A stretch of DNA of 22,817 bases from NCBI GenBank assembly GCA_054661495.1, contig BAAFSQ010000158.1, positions 1-22,817 of the forward strand, written 5' to 3'. The translations under genes were made by a program, and so were the position numbers. The DNA is from Zygophlyctis sp. KS116 (Eukaryota > Fungi > Chytridiomycota). The stretch's first letter is position 1, and the number at the start of each line of letters is the position of its first letter. Below the pieces are notes generated by a model. The model had not been told where the DNA came from and did no database searches. It was given only the letters and a program-made list of their open reading frames with translations. Shown one piece after another: positions 9,571 through 18,982 of this stretch.

Positions 9571-12500
9571 ATGGGAAGAGACCGTTCAAAAGATCGCTCT
9601 GAAGATCGTTCAAGGGACAAGTCTGGAGAAAGGCCAAGAAAAGAACCACTAAAAAGATCAAGATCAGGTTCAAGAGATCACAAGGAACGTCGTAGAAAAA
9701 GACATTATTCAAGAGAAAAATCTAGAAAAGACAAAAGATCTAGATCTAGAGATCGTTCAAGGGAAAAACGAAGACATAGAGATCGATCTAAAGATAAAGA
9801 GAGATCAAGTCGGAAAGACAAGTCAAGGGATCGTTCAAGAAAGAGAAGGAGATCCAGAGATCGTTCAAGGGATAGAAATAGATCCAAAGATAGATCTAGA
9901 GACAGAGACCGTTCAAGAGACAAAGATATAAATCGAACCAGAGACAGATCTAAGCACAGTGATAATCATCGTCCAAGTCCAAGGGATATAGAAAATATAT
10001 CAAATGGAGTAGATAGTTATCAAGACGAAAAAATAGGCAGAGAGGAATCTAAAATAGAACAGCCTCAAGATATGGAAATAGAAAGACTTAATGAAGAGGC
10101 GCAAGTTCTTGCAAAAGCTGCATTAATAGAAGCAGAAGAAAAAGTCAAACAACGGAAAGAAAGAATTGAACTTTGGAGAAAGGAAAAGGCATCAAAGGAA
10201 GCAGCAGAAAGTAAAAGCTTAATAGACGCTGCAAAAACTGAATCAATCCCGAAAAATAAAAAATGGAGCTTGGAAGATGAGGATGAAGATGAAGAAGAAG
10301 GTCAGCTTCCTCCTATTTTAGAAGAAAAGGCATTTCCAGAGTGTAATTTTTAAGCTTTGTTAATGATAGTTGTTCCTCCAACTTTGATAAAGAAGGAATC
10401 TAAAAAAGATTTAAAGGTCAATAAGCCCGTTTACAAAAAATCGGCTTTTGGAATCAAGATTAAGCCTCTACAAAAAAGGAAGGAGGTACTCTCTACAACT
10501 CTTTTGCCCGAATTTGAAGAGTCTTCAGAAGAAGAAGTTATCCCAGTTAAATATAATCCTTTATTGGTTAAGCGTGAAGAAATAGTTTCAGAAGCGGAAG
10601 AAGGAGATGCTCTAGAGGCTTTTATGGAAGAAGTTGATACTGCTGCTAAACAAGCGGAAACAGAAACGAAGTCAGTTTCTGCCAATGGAAATGGCCCAGA
10701 ACTTTTGGATTATCTAGTGTCTTCTGGAGATGATGAGGATGAAGAAATGAAATTCACTTCTCCTGAAGCACAAATCGCTGCTGCTGCTGCAAAGATTCAA
10801 GCAAAACGAAAAGATATGGTCAATACCAACCATTCTTTTGTTCAGTATGAGCCATTCAATAAGCAATTCTATATCGAGCCTCCTGAACTGAAGAGCATGA
10901 CTCAAAAAGAAGTTGATGATCGAAGGATAGCACTGGGAGGTATTAAAGTTCGAGGTGCTCGCTGTCCCAAACCGATTGAAAAGTGGGCGCAGTTTGGACT
11001 TCCTCCATCAGTTTTAGAAGTTATTCGAAAGGTGATGCGTTATGAAAAGCCAACTCCGATTCAAGCACAAGCTATTCCTGCGATTATGTCAGGGAGAGAT
11101 GTTATTGGTATTGCAAAAACTGGCTCTGGAAAGGTAATATGCTTAATTTTTTATGAATAGACAATCGCATTCTTGCTCCCCATGCTGCGTCATATCAAAG
11201 ATCAGCGACCAGTGGAGACTATGGAGGGTCCGATAGCATTAATTATGACGCCTACTCGGGAGTTGGCCGTGCAAATATTTCGTGAATGCAAACACTTTAT
11301 TAAACTTCTTAATATTAGAGCATCATGCGTTTATGGTGGAACACCAATAAAGGAACAGATTGCTGAACTTAAGAAGGGAGCAGAAATAATTATTTGTACT
11401 CCAGGTAGGATGATTGATTTACTATGTGCAAACTCTGGGCGCGTAACTAATCTTAAACGGATAACTTATGTGGTGTTGGATGAGGCAGATAGAATGTTCG
11501 ATATGGGCTTTGAACCTCAAGTAATCAAAATTGTAAGTTCTATTAAAAGTAAAGTTTTTTAGGTTAATAATATTCGGCCAGATAAACAGACCGTCCTATT
11601 TTCAGCTACATTCCCCAAAAAGATGGAAGCCTTGGCTCGTAAAATTCTTCGCAAACCTCTAGAAATTATTGTCGGTGGTCGTAGTGTTGTCTGTAGTGAT
11701 GTAACTCAGTATGTAGAAGTTCGAGATGAAGATTCAAAGTTTGTCAGACTATTAGAGATTTTAGGACAGACATTTATTGAAGATTCAGAGGCCAAAGTTT
11801 TAATATTCGTTGATCGACAAGAAGCAGCCGATTCTCTATTAGCCCAATTACTTAAACGTGGTTACCCATGCACAACTCTTCACGGAGGAAAAGATCAAAC
11901 AGATCGTGATTCTACACTTTCAGATTTCAAGAATGGGGATACTAACATATTGATTGCAACATCTGTTGCAGCCAGAGGACTTGATGTAAAGCAATTAAAA
12001 GTAGTTGTAAACTATGAATGTCCTAATCATATGGAAGATTACATTCATCGGTAATATATTCTTATTAATTATAGTGTTGGAAGAACTGGTAGAGCCGGAT
12101 CTAAAGGAGAAGCATACACATTTATTACGCCAGACCAAGATAAATTTGCCGGGGATATAATAGAAGCACTCAATAGATCACTAGTCCCTATTCCAGAAGA
12201 ATTAGATGCATTGGAGAGGACATTTTTAGAAAAGGTAAGAACAGGAGAAGCAGCCCCTTCCTCTTCTGGATATGGTGGAAAAGGATTAGAGAAATTGGAT
12301 AAGGAACGTGATATGAAGAAACGAATAGAGAAAAAGACACATGGAGGTGATTTAGACGAAGAAGACGAAGATGAAGACGCTGTAATTTTTTCTAAACTAA
12401 TTAAAAAAACAGAATCGTGAAGCCCGTGAAAAACTAGAAAAAAGCTTTGATGAGAAAGTTACAGCTGGTACAACTGGACCTGTTGAAGCACCAACCCCAT

Positions 12501-12948
12501 CAGCACCTGTAATCATTAGTAGACCTGGTAGACCATCAATGAATTTGAGTGGATTAGCCAAAGCCAGAGAAATCATTGCCAGCTTTTCAAAAACCCCAAC
12601 TGCTACCACCACATTTGCATCTGAATTTGCCTATGAAATTGAAATTAATGATTATCCTCAAAAAGCTCGATGGATAGTAACAAGCAAGGAAACTATAAGT
12701 AGATTATCTGAAATGACTGGAGCTGCAATTACAACCAGAGGAAGTTTTTTCCCACCTGGAACTTTTGTTCCTGTAGGACGACGCAAACTATACTTGGTAA
12801 ATTTTAAAATTTTAATAATTAGTATATTGAAGGTGATTCTCAAGTTTCAATTGATAAAGCCAAGAGTGAAGTTCGAAAGTTGATTACTGAAGCCACACTG
12901 GAAGCTATGGAAACTGATACCGTGTCATCTCGATATACAGTAGTTTAA
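9571..12948 (+). CDS. PRP5: Pre-mRNA-processing DEAD-box helicase Prp5/DDX46
   Basis: RS/RD-rich N-terminus; Q motif YEKPTPIQ; [44 protein letters not shown] and [10 protein letters not shown]; C-terminal KH-like [11 protein letters not shown]...AAITTRG; ends RYTVV. Introns 10343-10369, 11134-11160, 11533-11562, 12051-12074, 12382-12412 and 12797-12822. Confidence 0.97.
9580..9955 (+). repeat. Coding low-complexity repeat (Asp-Arg-Ser-Arg units, e.g. GATCGTTCAAG) forming the RS domain of Prp5
   Basis: Repeated GATCGTTCAAG/GATAGATC-type units translating as DRSR/DRSK. Confidence 0.8.
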
Positions 12949-12969
12949 TTCGGAAATTTATAAAGTCAC

Positions 12970-13437
12970 ATGGATCCATCTAAACAGCAATTTATGTCTT
13001 CTATTCCTCGTCCGTCCTTTGACCAAATCCCAGGATATATTTCTTCTTATTATCCAATGATTGACGACGCTTCTCCGACTGATTCATTCTCTGACCGGAT
13101 AAAGCATCGTAAAGAATTACATAAAGAAGTTGAAAAAAGGAGAAGACAAAACATCAATGATGGAATTCTAGAATTATCAAAACTTTTACCTGAAAATACT
13201 CCAAAATCTAAAGGAAATATCATTTCTTCTGCTGTTAATTATATAAAGAGTCTAAAATCCATGATTGGAAACTTTGATCAAATACAACAAGTTGAAAAAT
13301 GGAATTATGAAAAAACTAAATTGTTGGATGAAATCAAAAATCTTTCTAATCAAGTTAAATCTCTAAAAAATGAAAATGAATCCCTTAGAGCACTCAGGTT
13401 TGAAATTCCAATGATTTCAAAAGAGACTGATGATTAA
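12970..13437 (+). CDS. CBF1: bHLH-zipper transcription factor, Cbf1-like
   Basis: RKELHKEVEKRRRQNINDGILELSKLLP...KGNIISSAVNYIKSLK followed by VEKWNYEK, which resembles the Cbf1-type IEKWTLEK zipper. Intronless. Confidence 0.75.
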   Translation: MDPSKQQFMSSIPRPSFDQIPGYISSYYPMIDDASPTDSFSDRIKHRKELHKEVEKRRRQNINDGILELSKLLPENTPKSKGNIISSAVNYIKSLKSMIGNFDQIQQVEKWNYEKTKLLDEIKNLSNQVKSLKNENESLRALRFEIPMISKETDD

Positions 13438-13522
13438 ATACATACTATAAAATTAGAATTAACACTTGTCCGATTTCAACTCTTTTTAAATCTTGATTCA
13501 TATGATTTATTAAAAAAACTAG

Positions 13523-14173
13523 TTATATTTGCGAATTCAAATATTCAATCAATTGATTATTTCCACTCATCTTTGCAGAATGTTTTATAAGAAACGATAT
13601 ATTCCCTGTATCTTTAATTCCCAACCATTCTCTTATATATCTTGTAATTTCTAAATCTCCACTTCCAGCAGCACACTTTAGTGTATTTAAATTTGGTTGA
13701 ATCTTATAATCCACCATCAACATTTTTACAAGTTTTGAATTATGAGAGAATGCAGCTCTATTGAGTGTTTCATTCAAAATTAAATCTTTATCATTTACAT
13801 TTAGAGTTATCAAATTCTTAATCAACATTACAACAGCCTTAAAATTTCCTAATTGAGCAGCAAGTTTAAGAGCTCTAAAATTATCTAAACTAAAATCAAT
13901 TGTAGGATTCTTTAATAATTGTAAAAGTCTGAAATTTAGAGTTTTTGAGTCAAAAGTTGAATGTTTTACATCTACAAACCAATGTTTAAGAGCAAGCTGA
14001 TTAGCAGAGATTGCATCATGAGTAGAAATATGATTATTTTTCTTAAATTTATATTGTTCCATTTGTAAATATTCAACATTTCTCAAATTCCCAAATTCAT
14101 TAGGAACTATAGTTATAGAATTTTGAAAAGTCCCTGACACAGCATCCACAAGTAAATAGAAGAAGAAAATCAT
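13523..14173 (-). CDS. Ankyrin-repeat protein with a possible signal peptide
   Basis: Three ankyrin-like units (ALKLAAQLGNFKAVVMLI, TLNRAAFSHNSKLVKMLM, TLKCAAGSGDLEITRYI). First ATG at 14173 gives the hydrophobic start MIFFFYLLVDAVSG. Confidence 0.7.
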   Translation of the reverse strand: MIFFFYLLVDAVSGTFQNSITIVPNEFGNLRNVEYLQMEQYKFKKNNHISTHDAISANQLALKHWFVDVKHSTFDSKTLNFRLLQLLKNPTIDFSLDNFRALKLAAQLGNFKAVVMLIKNLITLNVNDKDLILNETLNRAAFSHNSKLVKMLMVDYKIQPNLNTLKCAAGSGDLEITRYIREWLGIKDTGNISFLIKHSAKMSGNNQLIEYLNSQI

Positions 14174-14422
14174 TTGCTCTGACTTGATTCCTAAACTGCT
14201 TATGCTTTTTGCAATCACCTGCTTGCTTGCTAAAGGACTCTTAAAAAATTTACTTTAAATGTTTATTTTAAAATTTAGACTATAAAAAATCATGTTTTCA
14301 TTAACAAACTTGAAGTTTTAGTGTTTGAGTAGTAGCTAGCAAGTAGAAACTAGAAACAGCAAGAGCAGAGTTTCAAAACCAGTAAAATTTTCTTTCAAAT
14401 TTTCGTTGTTTAAAAAGTTTAA

Positions 14423-16178
14423 ATGAACAAAACTTGTGCTTCTAATGGATATTTCCCATCTCCTGGCTCATCAATCGGATCTAATTCTATTGCATCAATG
14501 ATAAAGTTGAATGTTACAATTTACTTTACTCCTGAATTACCATTTATTCCACCGGCACTCACTAGACAGCCACAAAAAGTACTTGATATTGTAAAGATTA
14601 TGGTTGTTATGGCTCCTTATAAATCAGTTGCACATTTAAAGCAACAGATTTCTAAAACAATTTCTATAATTTCAAAGGATGAAAGGCTTGCATTTAATAA
14701 TTTAGAATTGTCTTCAATTAGAAATTCTCAGAATTTTGTGGCTCATAATGAGATGATTCTTGGACATGTTTTTCATCATGATGAAAATATTTATGCTATA
14801 GTTATTTCACAAGTTGGGAGGTTACAACAACAGTATATAGCTTCTCCACAATCTGATCGTAATCATCTACATCAGCATTATCAACATGGCAATGATAAAA
14901 TTCATGATTCTAAATCTCATTCTCATCATGGAAAATATTCAAGTCATCCATTGGTTGATAGAAATGAAAGATCAAGACTAGTTCAAAGTAGGGATAATAT
15001 TACAACTTCTGAAGATTCTGGGTCAGAGTCTGATGGGAGTTATGAAAGTTCTTTTGTGGAAAAAGAAGAAAGAGAAGGCTTTTTGGATTTAGAGGCTGAA
15101 GAGACTGATGGTTCAGAATCTACTGAGAATTCTCCGTCTCCTACATTCAAGGATCCTGTTTTATCTAATCGTAAAGTTTCACTAACAGAATTAAAAAAGA
15201 GAAGAAAAAGTTTGATTCAAGTCTCAGAGTCTGAAGAGGATGAATATCCAGAACAGTTTAAATCACATAGTCATTACGTGACTAATCTTGTAGAGGATAA
15301 AATTCAATTGAAATCAGAGGAAAATGGAAATGGTTTAGAGAATCAGGATGATAAAGAAGTTGATACAGAAGTTGTGGTAAAAGAAATGGAAATGGATCAA
15401 GAAAATGTTTCTGAACAAGCTAAAAATAATACAACTGAATCTTCTAGTGAATCCTCAGAAGAAGAGGAACCTGCCCAAGCTACTATTAGTAAAGGGAATG
15501 AAATTGTAAGAGATTCTGGAAATGATTCAGAAACTACTTCTGAGGCTGGCTCTGAATCTTCAGAGGAAACTACTATAGAAGAAAATGAAGACTCTAATAA
15601 TCATGATAAACCAGTAGAATCTACTAGTCAACCCAAATTCAATTTGGAAAAAGAAAAAGATTCTGTAGACTCAAAAATTGAAAAACAAGATTCCAAATCT
15701 AAAGAATCTACTCCATCAAAGCCATCTAAATCCTCTAAAAAATCCTCTGTTAAAAGAAAATATTCTTCCCTATCTGAAATTGCTAGTAATGCTTCTAATC
15801 ATAGTTCCTCTTCAAAGGCTGAAAAAAGTAAAAATCAGTCTAGATTTTCTAGCTCTTCTAGTGACAGCGACAGCTCTGAATCTCAAAATTCTAATGGAAA
15901 AAAAGTTAAAAGATCTTCTTTAAAATCTTTATCAAAAGATGGTATTAATATTTTTGAATTAATATTTAGTTTCCAATAACATCAAGAAAACTAGCAAACC
16001 AAAATCAGTACAATTAAAACCAAAAACAACTACAAAACAACCACCCAAAAAAATCGTCAAGAATACTAAAGTCTCTCCTAAATCAAAGTCTGGGAATCCA
16101 ATCAATGCCTTGTTGAATGGATCGAGTGAATTTAAATCACAGAGACAAGTTGATTCTAGCAGTAGCGAAAACGAGTAA
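14423..16178 (+). CDS. Nucleolar-type low-complexity protein with a folded N-terminal domain resembling Net1/Tof2/Dnt1 N-termini
   Basis: A 518-codon exon plus intron 15942-15969 (28 nt) and a K/S/P-rich last exon ending TAA at 16176-16178. Acidic S/E tracts and basic clusters. The family assignment is by eye only. Confidence 0.7.
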
Positions 16179-16199
16179 AAAAATCGCGTTTAAAAAAAA

Positions 16200-16582
16200 A
16201 TGGAAGAATCTGCGTACAAAGGAACTAGATTTATAGGGAACATCCCAGACTCTGCACATTCACCCTTCCCTGTAATTGCAAGTGAGCCTTCTGTGACCAA
16301 TCTTATTAGATACATGAGACCATCTGACATTATGACCATTTCTCTTATAACTACAATCCCCCCAACACTCTTAGTTTTGTGGGAAAGATCTAAACCATCT
16401 GTGTCTTATAGAATCCTACCCAAATCAATTCTTTTCATTCAAATTCCTACATTTTTTGTCGCTGGAGGACTGTGGGCACTGAAAACCTCTCTATGTAATT
16501 ATTATATTTCTTAATTTTAGTTCGATTTTGGGGAAAGTTGGAGAATTCAATTGAAGTTGAAAAATGGAATAATCAGTCTTAA
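16200..16582 (+). CDS. Complex I accessory subunit NUXM (20.9/21 kDa, NDUFB1/MNLL-related), short form
   Basis: FPVIASEPSVTNLIRYMRPSD...LWERSKP...SLFRFWGKLENSIEV matches the family pattern YP.I..DP....V.RY.RPSD...WER...RF.G..EN..EV. Intron 16495-16520 (26 nt). Confidence 0.8.
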
Positions 16583-16596
16583 TACATCATAATGCC

Positions 16597-18787
16597 TTAA
16601 TAATTTTCCTTTGCTTCTCTGGCTAATTCTTCTCCCTCTTTTTGAATAATTCCAATATGAAGAATTCGATCACCGGCTTGAGCTACTGGGTTGGATGATC
16701 TTCCAATAGTAATTCCAGATACAGGTGCGTATATTTCATCTACAATATTTCCAAATATATTCTTGATTCTAATCATTAAATAACAAGCTATATTACCTGG
16801 CAATTAAATCACCCTTCTTTAAAAATGTATTCACATTAGGATAAACCTCTAAAACACCTCCTGTACTAGTATATATCCAAAATCCTTTAGAACATATAAT
16901 CATGTTTGGAGGTTTACTTAATTCAGACTCTGGTGTGAACATACTTAGATAGGAAAGTATTCGCATTACACCCGAATAAGACCACAGAACATATCGACTT
17001 TGGAATAATTGAGGATTTCCGATTTCTACAGTTATTGCTTTTATACCTAAAGACATGGCTTCAGAACGAAGTGTACCTATGTTTGGTCAGTAATATGGTA
17101 AAATACCGTCATTTCCACTATTATGCAATATAATCTGAGGTTGCTGCAATTTGGTTAGAGTGCTAGCAACGGGATCATTCATATCAGCTCTCACGTAATA
17201 AGAATTAAGTCTTCCAAATGACGCAGTGTGTAGATCAATCAGGTAATCAAAGCATTTAATGATTTTATGCATTAATTCGTAAGCATAGACTTGAGATGCG
17301 GTTCCATTCTTGTTTCCAGGAAATGTACGATTCAGATCTTTTCCATCCGAAAATTCACGGGTAAATCGTAGGTATCCAGGAACGTTAACACATGGTACAG
17401 CAACTACAGTTCCAGAAAGTTGAGAAACATCAAGTTCATTAATTACTCTATGAATAGTAGGTACTCCATTTAATTCATTCCCATGAATAACTGCAGTGAT
17501 TCCTACCACAGGACCGGGTTCCTTGCCACGAGCAACAATAACAGGAATACGAATCCAATCTGATAGTCCTTGCTTAACCATGTTAACCCAAGCAGTTGAA
17601 ATTTGACTTGTAGGAAAATCCTCAATCACAAGGGAGTCTTTAATTATTGGAGGAGGAACTTCAGATTCATTCAGTGATCTTTCCGTAAAGGCAGGAGGAG
17701 TATAGCGCTTGGCTGATTCAAGATACGAAAATGATCCAGACTGTCCAATGCTTGATAAATCCATTAGACTCATCTGGGAGTCCAAAGCCGGAAGCGAAAT
17801 ACTGGGCGGACTAGGAGCCAACTCGTCGAAAATTATAATAGATGAAGTCCTGTCCCTCATTGGTCGTGTAACCGACATTGGTTTAAGCTCTGGAGTAGTT
17901 AATTCAATCCCAGTGAGTGATTTGACAGTGTTAATTTGGACCAATAGAACTAATGCATCATCTACCACTTTAAGAAACATAAACTAACCAGTAAAATTGT
18001 CATTCTCAACTACAGGAGTCATTGATATATCAGCAGGAGAACTTGCATCCAATCTTTCACAAACAATTGCCTCTCCTTTATCTAACTTTATATTCGAACA
18101 AGTTAAATGCATCATCTTTACATTTATAGAGCCAGATATGACATATATAATCGTATAATTGCCTAGCAAGTACTTTGAAGAAGGAGTGGATTTCGCATGA
18201 TTAGAAACGGATCCTTTTGCGTCATCATTAAGTGTATTGCTGCTAAGATCTGCATCATTTTTTACAGGTTCCCCCATTGTAGGAGCAACCACATTTTCTA
18301 AATTCATTGACACATTTGCCCATTTTTTGTTGACCGTTAGAGTCAAGTATGTCAATGGTGCCTTAACTTTACACACAGTAGGCCAGCTTCCATCAAATGT
18401 ATAAGGTATTAAAACTTTAAGCGGCACAGGAGTTTCATTATCATTATGATACAATGTAGCGAATGGTTCGCCCTAATTTTAAATAATCCAATAGATCTAC
18501 CTCATCAGGCAGCGCGAGAATTCCAACATCATAGCCCGGGGCAAAAGAAAATGAGCATGAATCAATCACACTTGACAAGCAGAGCTTCCATACAAAATCC
18601 TGTGCATCAGAAGAGAGATGAGCAGGATGTATGGCCAAGTCTATTGTTTCCCCTAAACCATTTTTCCATTGAAACTGATGGCACTTTGCCGGCGAAATTA
18701 CCTGTAATTTTATTTCTAATAAAATACTTGTATTGAAGGGAGCGGTCGGACAATAGATTTAGATCGTTTTAGATCTGTTTTGTTCAT
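16597..18787 (-). CDS. Fusion protein: N-terminal HutD/Ves cupin domain + C-terminal succinylglutamate desuccinylase/aspartoacylase (AstE/AspA, M14) zinc hydrolase
   Basis: Five introns (18702-18727, 18473-18500, 17962-17988, 17077-17106, 16769-16796) join five ORF-track fragments. HutD-like [16 protein letters not shown]...[11 protein letters not shown]...FSFAPGYD; M14 motifs [23 protein letters not shown] and ITVEIG; C-terminal barrel-sandwich APVSGITIG...[14 protein letters not shown]. Confidence 0.88.
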
Positions 18788-18982
18788 CGTTAAAATACAC
18801 TTTTCTGAGAATCACGTTGTATACCCTGAGCCCACCATTAGCATCCAAACAGTTGAAGATGTCCGAATATATTTCAGAACTCACATTAGCATATCGTTTT
18901 CTGATTTAATAATCCCACTATTCATTGCATCTATTGCGAAGCAATGCATTGCGGGAATTTTCGGGTTAATATTCCGTGAAGA
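18788..18982. promoter_or_regulatory. Divergent promoter region (HutD-AstE / STK33-like)
   Basis: 195-nt spacer between head-to-head genes. Contains 12-bp palindrome GCAATGCATTGC (18941-18952) overlapping GCGGGAA. Confidence 0.5.

Noticed and set aside
9580-9955. Repeats resembling a CRISPR or satellite array, and antisense ORF 9705-9923
   Set aside because: Irregular coding repeats of the Prp5 RS domain with no constant repeat-spacer structure; the antisense ORF is its shadow.
17968-17988. 21-nt intron using an AAG acceptor in the HutD-AstE gene
   Set aside because: The in-frame TAG acceptor at 17962 gives 27 nt, which fits the local length distribution better; alternative use cannot be excluded.
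18826-18884. Minus-strand GTGAGT...GCTAAT...CAG segment as an extra upstream coding exon/intron of HutD-AstE
   Set aside because: Splicing it does not give a frame continuous with the ATG at 18787; it could at most be a 5' UTR intron, which is unsupported without RNA data.
18941-18952. Palindrome GCAATGCATTGC as an RFX X-box for the ciliary kinase
   Set aside because: It does not match the GTTNCC-ATGGNAAC consensus, and a single 12-bp palindrome in 23 kb is expected by chance.
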